This document shows positions 9,851 to 19,197 of a stretch of 64,000 nucleotides of DNA, one piece after another. The DNA comes from a virus (taxonomy: Duplodnaviria > Heunggongvirae > Uroviricota > Caudoviricetes). Location: positions 133,975 through 197,974 of the IMG/VR virus record IMGVR_UViG_3300032330_001609; one strand, written 5' to 3'. Under the pieces are notes generated by a model. It did no database searches, had not been told where the DNA came from, and saw only the letters and a list, made by a program, of their open reading frames with translations. Numbering within the stretch: position 1 is the stretch's first letter; each line of letters starts with the position of its first letter. Made by a program: the position numbers and the translations under genes.

Positions 9851-10087
9851 ATGAGTGAGAATAAAGAAATGGTGAACCACCCGGAACATTACGGTGGTCA
9901 GGACAATCCATATGAGGTTGTAAAAGTGTGTGAGGCTTGGGGTCTTGATAAGGATGCTTACATCTTCAACGTAGTTAAATATGTTGCAAGAGCGGGTAAG
10001 AAAGATACTGATAAAGAACTTCAAGATATGAAAAAAGCATTGTGGTATTTGAATCGTAAAATTGAACGATTAGAAAATGGAAATTAA
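9851..10087 (+). CDS. DUF3310-like phage protein
   Basis: HPEHYGG ... NVVKYVARAGKK...ELQDMKKALWYLNRKIERL resembles the DUF3310 pattern. Confidence 0.45.
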   Translation: MSENKEMVNHPEHYGGQDNPYEVVKVCEAWGLDKDAYIFNVVKYVARAGKKDTDKELQDMKKALWYLNRKIERLENGN

Positions 10088-10230
10088 TAAAGAATATATT
10101 GAGGGTGTTATAGGTCAAGAAATTATAGACTTCAAGGTTGGTGTTAATAATAATGGAATAGTTGAAGTTAAAGTGATTCCTAAAAGTAGTGTTAAAGAAA
10201 TTGAAGTAATGATTAGTATAAATAAATCTG

Positions 10231-10533
10231 ATGAGAATGTTGGTTGATATTGATGAATACGCAGAAGGTGCGGTTCTATTAGACGGATTAGAAAGTGCAA
10301 TCGTTGGGATTGTTGAGGACTTTGGTTCTCCGGGAAGAAAGATGTTGTATTCCAAACAAAGAATATTAGATATCCTACAAGAGAGAGACCTAATGACAAT
10401 GGGTGAAGCGGAAGAATTTTATGATTATAACATATTAGGATTATATGCTTCAGACCAAAACGCGGTGTTCTTGGATTTAGAGATTACACCAATTAAAACG
10501 GAAGATGGTTGGGAATACCAATTAAAAGAATAA
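10231..10533 (+). CDS. hypothetical protein
   Basis: 100 aa ORF directly preceding the MTase gene. Confidence 0.45.
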   Translation: MRMLVDIDEYAEGAVLLDGLESAIVGIVEDFGSPGRKMLYSKQRILDILQERDLMTMGEAEEFYDYNILGLYASDQNAVFLDLEITPIKTEDGWEYQLKE

Positions 10534-10534
10534 T

Positions 10535-11392
10535 ATGATAGAAACAGGAAAGATTATAAATGGTGATTGTGTTGAGGTAATGAAATCACTTCCGGATGGA
10601 TGTATTGATTTACTAGTAACGTCACCACCCTATAACGTAAATGTATCATACGATGTATATGATGATGGACGTTCAATGGACGAGTATTGGGAGTTCACCC
10701 GACAATGGTTATCTGAATCATTAAGAATATTGAAAGACGATGGTAGAGTAGCAATCAATGTTCCAATTGAATTAAACGTTCAAGAAAGAGGTGGAAGAAT
10801 CTTATTCAATGCTGAATTTTGGATAATGATGAAACAAGTTGGATTCAAATTCTTTGGAATGGTTGACTTGACTGAGGATTCTCCACACCGAGTTAGACAA
10901 ACGGCTTGGGGTAGTTGGATGAGTGCTAGTTGTCCTTACATATATAACCCGAAGGAATGTATCATATTGGCTTACAAAAAAACAAATAAGAAACTAACCA
11001 AGGGTGAATCACAATGGAAAGGTGTTCCAACGGATGTTGAACAACCGGATGGAACAACAAAAAATAAAGTGGTTTATCAGGATGAAGATAAGAAAGAGTT
11101 TATGAACTTGGTATTTGGACGATGGGAATACTTTGCTGATACCAAATCATTAACTAAGGCGACATTCTCAATGGATATTCCAATGAAAGCGATTAAGATA
11201 TTATCATATAAGAATGATATTGTTTTTGACCCTTTTATGGGTAGTGGAACATCAGCAGTTGCTGCTGAGATATTAGGCAGGAGATGGTTGGGAGTCGAGT
11301 TATCTCCAAATTATACGGATATCGCAAGAAAACGAGTGAATGCGTTTATTGAAGAAAGGAAACAATTAGAGTTAGAATTAAAAGAGGAGTAA
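10535..11392 (+). CDS. DNA methyltransferase (beta-class N4-cytosine/N6-adenine)
   Basis: DLLVTSPPYN (motif IV) precedes FDPFMGSGTS (motif I), which is the beta-class order. Confidence 0.85.
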   Translation: MIETGKIINGDCVEVMKSLPDGCIDLLVTSPPYNVNVSYDVYDDGRSMDEYWEFTRQWLSESLRILKDDGRVAINVPIELNVQERGGRILFNAEFWIMMKQVGFKFFGMVDLTEDSPHRVRQTAWGSWMSASCPYIYNPKECIILAYKKTNKKLTKGESQWKGVPTDVEQPDGTTKNKVVYQDEDKKEFMNLVFGRWEYFADTKSLTKATFSMDIPMKAIKILSYKNDIVFDPFMGSGTSAVAAEILGRRWLGVELSPNYTDIARKRVNAFIEERKQLELELKEE

Positions 11393-11408
11393 CATCCTCT
11401 TTTTTTAT
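11380..11408 (+). terminator. rho-independent terminator
   Basis: agagga-gtaaca-tcctct followed by T7. Confidence 0.6.
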
Positions 11409-11413
11409 TTCCC

Positions 11414-11427
11414 GGATATTTATAATT
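11414..11427 (+). promoter_or_regulatory. GATATTTAT-class motif
   Basis: ggatatttataatt before 11440. Confidence 0.45.
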
Positions 11428-11439
11428 AAAAATACTATT

Positions 11440-11790
11440 ATGGCAAAAAGATTTATAATTTCAGAAGATGAAAAAAGAGATATCCGTTCAAGATATGGTT
11501 TATTAAATGAACAAACTCAATTGAGTGGTCAAGAAGTTTTTGAATTACAAACAGCACTTAATGATTACTTTAAGATGAAAAAAGTAATGGTTAATGGTAA
11601 AATATTCCAAATACCGGTAGATTCTCAATGGGGTCCAACAACGGTAAACGCTCTTAAAAAATTCCAAACTATGGAAAAAATTGATTCAGATGGAATACCG
11701 GGTGGAGATACTTACAATGCGTTACATAAATTAGGGTTAAACCAAGATATTATTGACAAAGCAATCAATTGGATAAGTAATTTATTTTAA
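11440..11790 (+). CDS. hypothetical protein (MAKRFIISEDEKR N-terminus)
   Basis: 116 aa ORF with GGATATTTATAATT upstream. Confidence 0.6.
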   Translation: MAKRFIISEDEKRDIRSRYGLLNEQTQLSGQEVFELQTALNDYFKMKKVMVNGKIFQIPVDSQWGPTTVNALKKFQTMEKIDSDGIPGGDTYNALHKLGLNQDIIDKAINWISNLF

Positions 11791-11791
11791 T

Positions 11792-12898
11792 ATGAAAAAA
11801 ACATTAACAGAGTCTGAATTAAAAGAAAGAATAATTCAAATTTATAAAGAAGAACAAGAAAAAATACTTCAAGAGAAATGGGACGTATTATCTAAAGAGG
11901 ATAAAATTTTTGTTGTTGAGTTCTTACGTTCGGCTTATCCTGAAAAATCAAAACTTCTTAAAGAGGCTAAATGGTATAATACATTGGGTGACCTTGTTGG
12001 TATTTTTGACCCAACAGGTATTGTTGATGTGGTTAATGGTATTAGTTATTGGAGACAAGGTGATAAGTTATTTGCTATTTTATCTTTAATATCGGCAGTT
12101 CCAATTATTGGTGACGCAATTGGTAAAACAGTAATAGGTGTAATGAAAACAGGTGGTGCAAGTACTAAAGCATTCAAAGCAGCTGCCGTTGCAGGTGATG
12201 CGGCTAAAATTGCGGAAACTGCTAAAGCAGCCGGAGGACCAATAGCTAAAATGGTTGAGACCGCACCATCTTGGGGAACTAAATTACTTAATATGTTAAA
12301 AGCGTTAATTGGTAGAGTTCCATTTTTAGGAAGAGGATTGGTTAAAGTTATTGAAGAGTATATTCAAATTTTCAAAGGTGCCGGTGCAAAAATGGGTACT
12401 CGTGCGGCTGAATTGGCAAAATTAGAAGGAAAAACATTATCGGCAGCAGAAAAATCTAAATTGATTAAACAAATTGAAAAAGACACTGCATTTAGAGGAT
12501 TTAGAGATAATAAAGGTTTGGCTAACGCATCATTTATGTCAAAAGTTCGTGGAGGTGTTCCAAGATTATTTGGTAACAGAGCAACACGTTCATTGATGGG
12601 TAGAACTAAATGGTATTTAAGATTATTAGACTTTTTAGGTGTTGCAAATTTTGTTGGTCCGGACGAGTTAATGCAAAAATATAGTGATTTAGAACAAAAA
12701 GTTAATGAATTTAATCAAACACCACAAGGTCAAAAATCTTGGGCTGATGATTTTGGTTCTGTTTTTAATCAACAAACACCTGCACCTGTTGCACCAACAA
12801 CACCTCCACCATCAGCACCAACAACAACAACGGGTGGTGACTTTATTGGGGATGCGTTAAAAGGTATGTTTGGTTCAGCACTTAAAGCGGCGATATAA
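11792..12898 (+). CDS. hypothetical protein, Gly/Ala-rich with Pro/Thr-rich C-terminus
   Basis: 368 aa ORF. Confidence 0.6.
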   Translation: MKKTLTESELKERIIQIYKEEQEKILQEKWDVLSKEDKIFVVEFLRSAYPEKSKLLKEAKWYNTLGDLVGIFDPTGIVDVVNGISYWRQGDKLFAILSLISAVPIIGDAIGKTVIGVMKTGGASTKAFKAAAVAGDAAKIAETAKAAGGPIAKMVETAPSWGTKLLNMLKALIGRVPFLGRGLVKVIEEYIQIFKGAGAKMGTRAAELAKLEGKTLSAAEKSKLIKQIEKDTAFRGFRDNKGLANASFMSKVRGGVPRLFGNRATRSLMGRTKWYLRLLDFLGVANFVGPDELMQKYSDLEQKVNEFNQTPQGQKSWADDFGSVFNQQTPAPVAPTTPPPSAPTTTTGGDFIGDALKGMFGSALKAAI

Positions 12899-12900
12899 TT

Positions 12901-14307
12901 ATGAAACAACTAATAAATGAAAGTGGTTTAAGAGATATTAAAGCCCTTGCAAAAAGATATCCTAAAGCTGAAATATATTTCCATCAAGATTTAGATGGTG
13001 TGACAACGGCAATTGCTATGAAAAAATACCTTGAGAACAATGGTATTAAAGTAGTTGACGCTCATATTATTCAATATGGAGATAAAGAGTTTGCGGTGAA
13101 GAAGAATGATGCTAAAGGTGATGTTATGCCGGTCTTAGTGGATTTTGCTCACGGTAAACCAATGTTTGTTATTCATACAGACCATCACGATAGACAAGCC
13201 GGTGCTGAAGATACTAAATCAACATCATTCAGACAGTCTCGTTCTAATGTTGAAACAATTTCTCAGGTAGTTTCACCTAAAGATTTATTTCCATCTTCGG
13301 ATATATTATTAATTTCAACGGTAGATTCAGCAAATTACGCATTTAATGAAATAAGTGTTGACCAAGTGATATCTTATTTATTCAAATTAGATAAAGACTC
13401 TTCATTACAAAAAAATAAAATGTTAATGGGATTAGTTGTTAACAAATTATTATTAGCCTTCAAAAACAAACCGGGATTCTTAGAACAATTGGTGATGGAA
13501 TGTAGTCCATCCTTATTGAATATACTTCATACAATTAAAAAAATTATGGTTCAAAAAGGTTTTGTAAAACCTGAAAGTCTTGAACAAAATAAAGATGAGT
13601 ATGTTAAATCAATGCAAGATAATCCTAATGTTAAAGTATTGGGTAACATCATAGTTCAATATGGTGGAGGTCCAATGTTTAAGCCAGGTTCTTATGACCG
13701 ATATACACCATTCAAAAATAATCCTGAAGCGGACTTCTTAGTTATTGCTTGGCCTTTGGGGTTAGTTCAAGCATCTTGTAATCCATTCAAAAAAGAAAGA
13801 GAACTAAAAGGTGTTAATTTAGGTGAGATAGCTCAAGAAGTTTTATCTAAGTGGGAAGACCAATTAAAACAACGTGAGTTACCACTTTCAACTATTAAAT
13901 GGGTATCGGAAACATCAAAAGATTTTAATACGGAATCAACAGGATTTACATTCAAAGATTTTGTTGCGTTATATGGTAAAGATTATAAATCAAAAGACCA
14001 CGGTAAGGAAGAATTATTACATATTGGTGAGATGATGGAGAAACCATTTTCAGAATTACCGGAAGAACATAGACAAATGTTGGATGATATTAATGTAAAT
14101 GTTTGGGATTTTATTCAGGCAAATAGTGGTGGGCACAAATGTATAACAAACATTTCAGGATTAAATTATCTTGGTAGAGGTAAAAGACCACCAAAAGGAA
14201 GTCATAGATATAATGAGGCGGATGATTCACCAACGGTTAAATTTACCAAAATGATTCAGAACGAGTTTGTGAAATTATTACAAGAAAAAATTAGTCAAGG
14301 TCACTAA
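12901..14307 (+). CDS. DHH-family phosphoesterase
   Basis: HQDLDGV (motif I), VDFAHGK (II), HTDHHD (III) and SGGHK (IV). Confidence 0.6.
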   Translation: MKQLINESGLRDIKALAKRYPKAEIYFHQDLDGVTTAIAMKKYLENNGIKVVDAHIIQYGDKEFAVKKNDAKGDVMPVLVDFAHGKPMFVIHTDHHDRQAGAEDTKSTSFRQSRSNVETISQVVSPKDLFPSSDILLISTVDSANYAFNEISVDQVISYLFKLDKDSSLQKNKMLMGLVVNKLLLAFKNKPGFLEQLVMECSPSLLNILHTIKKIMVQKGFVKPESLEQNKDEYVKSMQDNPNVKVLGNIIVQYGGGPMFKPGSYDRYTPFKNNPEADFLVIAWPLGLVQASCNPFKKERELKGVNLGEIAQEVLSKWEDQLKQRELPLSTIKWVSETSKDFNTESTGFTFKDFVALYGKDYKSKDHGKEELLHIGEMMEKPFSELPEEHRQMLDDINVNVWDFIQANSGGHKCITNISGLNYLGRGKRPPKGSHRYNEADDSPTVKFTKMIQNEFVKLLQEKISQGH

Positions 14308-14641
14308 TTATTTTGTTACCGGTTTTAATACCTAATTGTTTACAGGTACCACCTTGTAATTCTAGTATCATATCACCTTCGGAACAATAATTTTCACACT
14401 TTTTAGTTTTACACGGAGGACAATTGTGAAATATTTTTGAGATAGTATTATCTTTAATATAAATTATGTCTAATGGTATTATACAATTCTTCATCCAAAA
14501 ACAATGAGGACCATCAGACATTAGGAATAACATTCCATTAAACGTATTGTCAAATTTTTTATTCATCATTCCATTTTGAGTATGTTTTGATGAAAAAACA
14601 GTTTTGACTTTGAATTTATTTTTATTTATACTTATAATCAT
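14291..14641 (-). CDS. DUF192-like protein
   Basis: ...NGMLFLMSDGPHCFWMKNCIIPLDIIYI...ILELQGG...GIKTGNKI matches the DUF192 pattern. Confidence 0.45.
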   Translation of the reverse strand: MIISINKNKFKVKTVFSSKHTQNGMMNKKFDNTFNGMLFLMSDGPHCFWMKNCIIPLDIIYIKDNTISKIFHNCPPCKTKKCENYCSEGDMILELQGGTCKQLGIKTGNKIISDLD

Positions 14642-14651
14642 ATTTATAAAT
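14639..14651 (+). promoter_or_regulatory. GATATTTAT-class motif
   Basis: catatttataaat before 14669. Confidence 0.4.
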
Positions 14652-14668
14652 ATCTAATTTTATTTAAA

Positions 14669-15094
14669 ATGAAAGAGGTTAAACGATATTCCGGTGTAAT
14701 AGTTAAATGTGGTGATGAGGTATTGCTTTGTAAAAGAAATGCTAACGATTCATTACCGGGACAATGGAGTATACCTTGTGGTCATTTAGAAAACGGGGAA
14801 CATCCAATGGATGGTGTTAAACGAGAATTTGAAGAAGAAACGAATTATACATTAGATAATAAATTAAAATTAGTTGGTTTTGTTAAACGATATAATCGTG
14901 ATGGTACTGAAGTAAGAGGGTTAATGTATGTCTTTTTAATGGTGAGTGATGAAAAGATTAATCCGGATTTAGAAAACGCTAAAGATGGTGAAGAACATAC
15001 GGAATGTGGATATTTTAACCTTGAAACACTACCATTTGATAATAAAAAGGACCAATTATGTAAGTTAATTACGAAATTATTAAAAAAAGATTGA
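14669..15094 (+). CDS. Nudix hydrolase
   Basis: Nudix box GHLENGEHPMDGVKREFEEETN. Confidence 0.85.
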   Translation: MKEVKRYSGVIVKCGDEVLLCKRNANDSLPGQWSIPCGHLENGEHPMDGVKREFEEETNYTLDNKLKLVGFVKRYNRDGTEVRGLMYVFLMVSDEKINPDLENAKDGEEHTECGYFNLETLPFDNKKDQLCKLITKLLKKD

Positions 15095-15165
15095 TTTTTC
15101 ATTTTTTATAAATATTTATATATTCACAAGCCAACAACCCCCTTTCTTATTGGTTGGACACATTG

Positions 15166-15203
15166 AAACCTCAACAGAGTAAATTTTGTTGAGGTTTTTT
15201 TTG
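15166..15203 (+). terminator. rho-independent terminator
   Basis: cctcaaca...tgttgagg followed by T8. Confidence 0.65.
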
Positions 15204-15222
15204 TTTATATCAAAAATAGTAT

Positions 15223-15230
15223 TATCTTTG
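15223..15230 (+). promoter_or_regulatory. Bacteroidota-type -7 box
   Basis: tagtattatctttgtcggg, 22 nt before the ATG at 15253. Confidence 0.55.
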
Positions 15231-15252
15231 TCGGGAATTTAATTATTAAGAT

Positions 15253-15756
15253 ATGATAGTATTAGGAATTATTTTAGGTATTGTATTACTGATAGTTGCA
15301 ATGATTGGTGTTGGAGGTTCTATCCAAGACAAAAACAGAAGAGCTAGATGTAAGAATTGGAAAGTTGGTGATAAATTAGCATTATGTAAAGGTAGACATA
15401 ATGATATTTTAGACCATAGAAAGAAAGAGTTTGCCATCCTCAAAGGGTGGGATTTGGAACATCTTTATATTGATTGTGGTGATGATATGGTTTATCAGGT
15501 TAATTGGTCTGTTATGAATTTTAACAAATCTGCGACTTGGAGACAAAACTACGAAGAAGCTAAAAAAGTTATGGGTTGTGACCCGGCATTTAGTGGTGGT
15601 GTTGGTGAGAGTAATCCTATTGGTAGAATTTATGAAGGTAAACCAATTGATACTATGAATGAGATTGAGTGTGAGGTGTATTTGAAGAAAGCTTTGGATG
15701 ATGAAGATTACGATACTGCTGAGTTGATTAAAAAAAGAATGGAAAAATTTAGATAA
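15253..15756 (+). CDS. membrane-anchored protein
   Basis: N-terminal TM segment; host-type promoter at 15223-15230. Confidence 0.6.
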   Translation: MIVLGIILGIVLLIVAMIGVGGSIQDKNRRARCKNWKVGDKLALCKGRHNDILDHRKKEFAILKGWDLEHLYIDCGDDMVYQVNWSVMNFNKSATWRQNYEEAKKVMGCDPAFSGGVGESNPIGRIYEGKPIDTMNEIECEVYLKKALDDEDYDTAELIKKRMEKFR

Positions 15757-15757
15757 G

Positions 15758-15940
15758 ATGAAAAATATTTTAAGAGGAATGGCTTTGTCCGTTATAATTT
15801 ATTTTGTGATTATGGGAATCACATTATGGTGTGTTCAATTATGTGGTGGGAGAATAAGTGACGTTCCAACTGATATCTATGTTGGTGTTGGTGTTGTTTG
15901 TGGTTTTATGGCGATAATTATTAACGAAAAATTAGATTAA
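15758..15940 (+). CDS. small membrane protein
   Basis: 60 aa with two hydrophobic segments, coupled start. Confidence 0.45.
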   Translation: MKNILRGMALSVIIYFVIMGITLWCVQLCGGRISDVPTDIYVGVGVVCGFMAIIINEKLD

Positions 15941-15941
15941 G

Positions 15942-16202
15942 ATGGGGTTTAATACTATGAAAGGTTTTGTAATAATGATTTTTTTAGTTGTTATTAGTTT
16001 ATTTGTTTATAAAGGTTATATGATAACAAGTATGACCAAAGATGGTAAACATTTGTATGAGATATCAATCCCGGGTAACAAACGTCAAGAGACGAGTTTC
16101 TACACTAATAGTTATGTGGAGAAAGATGGGTGTGTATCATTCAAGGATGAGTTTGGTAGGTCACATAGAATATGTGGTATGTATAATATAACAGAATATT
16201 AA
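15942..16202 (+). CDS. small membrane/secreted protein
   Basis: 86 aa with a hydrophobic N-terminus. Confidence 0.45.
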   Translation: MGFNTMKGFVIMIFLVVISLFVYKGYMITSMTKDGKHLYEISIPGNKRQETSFYTNSYVEKDGCVSFKDEFGRSHRICGMYNITEY

Positions 16203-16203
16203 G

Positions 16204-16461
16204 ATGGAAAAAACGTATATTGAAAGAATTAAAGATACTGTTGATGGTATTTGTGATGACTATAATTTGGGACAACCAATTGTGGTTCCTGCGGCGGCAA
16301 GAATGATTGCCGAACATAAAGGTGTTGATGTGGCAATTGAATTGTTTGAGGGTGCATATAACGAATGTGTGAATGACCCGGATAGTACCAACCCTTTTGC
16401 ATTTGCCGCGTACAAGTCAACGTTGGAGAAACTTTTAATACCGATGAGAGATAATAAATAA
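16204..16461 (+). CDS. hypothetical protein
   Basis: 85 aa, coupled start. Confidence 0.5.
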   Translation: MEKTYIERIKDTVDGICDDYNLGQPIVVPAAARMIAEHKGVDVAIELFEGAYNECVNDPDSTNPFAFAAYKSTLEKLLIPMRDNK

Positions 16462-16465
16462 AATT

Positions 16466-16501
16466 TAATCCCAAATAATTTTTTTGTTTGGGATTTTTTT
16501 A
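16466..16501 (+). terminator. rho-independent terminator
   Basis: atcccaaa...tttgggat followed by T7. Confidence 0.65.
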
Positions 16502-16509
16502 TATCTTTG
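16502..16509 (+). promoter_or_regulatory. Bacteroidota-type -7 box
   Basis: tatatctttgtcgg before 16529. Confidence 0.55.
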
Positions 16510-16528
16510 TCGGATAAAATATTAGAAG

Positions 16529-17269
16529 ATGGAAAAATTATTTACCTTTTATGAGGTTGGGGGGAAAGTTAGAGATGAGATTTTAGGTCTTGAATCTAAA
16601 GACGTGGATTACGTTGCGGTTCCTAACGATAAATTGTTACAGGACTTTGATACTGCTGAGTCTATGTTCTCTATGTTGGAACAATACCTGAAGGATGAGA
16701 AGTTTGAAATCTTCTTGGTTACACCGGATTGTTTTACCATCAGAGCAAAGTTCCCAAAAAACCATAAGTATAGTGGTGTTGCGGACTTTGTAATGGCTCG
16801 TAAGGAAGTTGGTTATGTTCCGGGAACAAGAACACCAATCGTTAAACCGGGGACGTTATATGATGATTTGGAGAGACGTGATGCTACATTGAACGCGTTG
16901 GCAAAAGATGACAATGGAACTATAATTGATTACTTCAACGGATTAACTCACTTGAAGTATGGTATTTTGAGAACACCATTAGACCCAATTAAAACTTTTG
17001 ATGATGACCCTCTTAGAATTATCAGATTCATTAGGTTCTCAATTACAAAAGGTTTTACAATCCCGGATGATATTCAATCAGTAATTGCTTCATACGACTA
17101 CGAATCTAAAATGGGTGTAGTTTCAACTGAAAGAATTAGAGAAGAATTGTTAAAGTGTTTTAAGTATAATACATTAAGAGCTTTGGGTACAATTAATTAT
17201 TACCCTAATTTAAGAGATTACATTTTCAAAAACAATCTGTTGTGGTTAAAACCAACGATGGAACAATAA
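16529..17269 (+). CDS. CCA-adding tRNA nucleotidyltransferase / poly(A) polymerase head domain (class II)
   Basis: VGGKVRDEILGLESKDVDYV gives the GG.VRD and DxD motifs, and ERRDATLNALA gives the RRD motif. Confidence 0.7.
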   Translation: MEKLFTFYEVGGKVRDEILGLESKDVDYVAVPNDKLLQDFDTAESMFSMLEQYLKDEKFEIFLVTPDCFTIRAKFPKNHKYSGVADFVMARKEVGYVPGTRTPIVKPGTLYDDLERRDATLNALAKDDNGTIIDYFNGLTHLKYGILRTPLDPIKTFDDDPLRIIRFIRFSITKGFTIPDDIQSVIASYDYESKMGVVSTERIREELLKCFKYNTLRALGTINYYPNLRDYIFKNNLLWLKPTMEQ

Positions 17270-17922
17270 ATATAGATATGAATAAAGATACAAAAAAAAT
17301 GTTGGACATAATGACGTTAGCGTCAGAGATGGCTTTTGGTGGTGGTTATGAATTTTTATTTGGTGGATTACCAAGAGAACCAAAAAAAGTTAATCCTTAT
17401 CAAGATTTGAATGATGGGTTTGAACTTAGACCGATTGAATTATCTGAAAAAGAATCTGAAAATTCAAGGATTGTTGAATTAAAATATTCACATCTATATA
17501 AAGATGGTGTAAAGGTTTCTGATGATATTTTCCGTAAAGGTGGTATTTGTCACGGATTCAAAGAGGGGTATTGTAGTTTAATTCATTATATAAGAACAAA
17601 GGAACCAAAAAAGAATGATAGTGGATTTAGTTTTGGTATTCACGTAATTGTTAATACTGATGGTAAAATTTGTTTAGAAGGTAAAAGTCTTGATTCTCCT
17701 CATCATAGTGGTGGTAATGTAGGTTCAGTAGGTGATTACTATTACAATTTACTTACCGGTGAAAAGATTTGTTATAGACCAAGAACTATTATCGTGGGTG
17801 AGGAATATCTTTATCTTGAACATAGATATAACTTTGATTATTATGAAGTAAAAATCCCGGTTGGTGTTTATAAATTGAATAAGATTACATTGGAGTTAAC
17901 AAAAATTGATGAGATAAAATAA
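17242..17922 (+). CDS. hypothetical protein
   Basis: 226 aa. Confidence 0.55.
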   Translation: MVKTNDGTINIDMNKDTKKMLDIMTLASEMAFGGGYEFLFGGLPREPKKVNPYQDLNDGFELRPIELSEKESENSRIVELKYSHLYKDGVKVSDDIFRKGGICHGFKEGYCSLIHYIRTKEPKKNDSGFSFGIHVIVNTDGKICLEGKSLDSPHHSGGNVGSVGDYYYNLLTGEKICYRPRTIIVGEEYLYLEHRYNFDYYEVKIPVGVYKLNKITLELTKIDEIK

Positions 17923-17951
17923 AAAAAGTTTGTATATTAAAAAAATAGTAT

Positions 17952-17959
17952 TATCTTTG
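17952..17959 (+). promoter_or_regulatory. Bacteroidota-type -7 box
   Basis: TTTG-19 nt-TAtcTTTG before 17975. Confidence 0.6.
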
Positions 17960-17974
17960 TCAAAAATATAACAT

Positions 17975-18250
17975 ATGACAACAACAAATTATTCCGTTAA
18001 AATTGAGAACGAAATGTTCGGGAAACTATTACACGAAAGATTCGTGGATGCAATCCAATTCAAGTTATTCTTGAAGATGGTACAGGGTTGTCTTGAATTG
18101 AAAAATGATTTGACTTTCTTCAACGGGAGTGACTTCTTAATTCACGTTCCATTTAAGTATTTGGTGGATTCGGTTATTGTTACATCAACATTTGATATGA
18201 CATTAGCTGACCATATGAGAAGTAAAGTAGAGGCGTTAGTTACTAAATAA
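17975..18250 (+). CDS. hypothetical protein
   Basis: 91 aa; host-type promoter at 17952-17959. Confidence 0.5.
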   Translation: MTTTNYSVKIENEMFGKLLHERFVDAIQFKLFLKMVQGCLELKNDLTFFNGSDFLIHVPFKYLVDSVIVTSTFDMTLADHMRSKVEALVTK

Positions 18251-18258
18251 TATAAGAT

Positions 18259-18759
18259 ATGAGTACAAATTACTACAGAATACCTAAACAAAAGGTTGTT
18301 AGAGAAAAATACCTTGACTTGGTTGAACAAATCAGTGATATGGACATATTCTCACCGACACAAATTTATACTGAATTCAGAACCATTGAAAAAGGTTTTG
18401 AGAGATGGTCTCCTTGGGATGAGTTTATTGATGGGTTGAAGATTCATATTGGTAAACGTTCAGGTGGTTGGAAATTTCTATGGAACTTTCAAGAAGGTAA
18501 ATTTTATACTAATAAGGAAGAACTATTAAAGTTCATCCGTTCAGGTAGAGTTGTGGATGAGTATGGTGAATTACAAAACACCGAAGAGTTCATTAAGATG
18601 GCTTTGGAGTGGGGACAACCTGATGGTCACGTATATGATAAGAATTATTTGGATGAACAAATTAAGACAACTAATTATAGACCCTTTACAGATATGTCAA
18701 AGTATTATGACAAAGAAATAGATGGTCTTAGAGTGGCATCAACAGCTGAGTTTTCCTAG
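18259..18759 (+). CDS. hypothetical protein
   Basis: 166 aa. Confidence 0.55.
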   Translation: MSTNYYRIPKQKVVREKYLDLVEQISDMDIFSPTQIYTEFRTIEKGFERWSPWDEFIDGLKIHIGKRSGGWKFLWNFQEGKFYTNKEELLKFIRSGRVVDEYGELQNTEEFIKMALEWGQPDGHVYDKNYLDEQIKTTNYRPFTDMSKYYDKEIDGLRVASTAEFS

Positions 18760-18812
18760 TTCTCACAAAACAGGATGGTGGAGTCGTCGACTATTCAGTC
18801 GACCCTAAAATT

Positions 18813-18840
18813 AACCCTCACTTAATGTGGGGGTTTTTTG
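18813..18840 (+). terminator. rho-independent terminator
   Basis: ccctcac-ttaa-gtggggg followed by T6. It is preceded by a GTCGAC-containing palindromic hairpin at about 18776-18806. Confidence 0.6.
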
Positions 18841-18848
18841 CTTTCTAT

Positions 18849-18861
18849 GATATTTATAAAT
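18849..18861 (+). promoter_or_regulatory. GATATTTAT-class motif
   Basis: gatatttataaat before 18871. Confidence 0.45.
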
Positions 18862-18870
18862 AAAATCAAA

Positions 18871-19197
18871 ATGAAACACGTTATACTTACAGAAAAACAA
18901 CTTGAAACATTAGTGTCACAAGTTAAAACTTTGAAGGAAGACCATAAAGAAGGTTCTTATATGGCTAAGCAACAGTTATTTATCATTGCGAAGATGGCTC
19001 AAGCTATGTGGGAAAAGATGGAAGATGATGGTGATGACCAATTAGAAGATTGGATGGAAAGTAAAATTGCTCAAGCGGAACAAAGTATTACGTCTGTGGT
19101 TAAAACTTTTATGTATGATGAATTCTCTAAAAAAGAAGAGGATGAAATTGGTGGAATGAATAAACTTGGTTATAGTGACCTAATAATTGGAAAATAA
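18871..19197 (+). CDS. hypothetical protein (MKHVILTEKQ N-terminus)
   Basis: The ORF 18838.. was trimmed to the Met at 18871; GATATTTATAAAT lies just upstream. Confidence 0.5.
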   Translation: MKHVILTEKQLETLVSQVKTLKEDHKEGSYMAKQQLFIIAKMAQAMWEKMEDDGDDQLEDWMESKIAQAEQSITSVVKTFMYDEFSKKEEDEIGGMNKLGYSDLIIGK

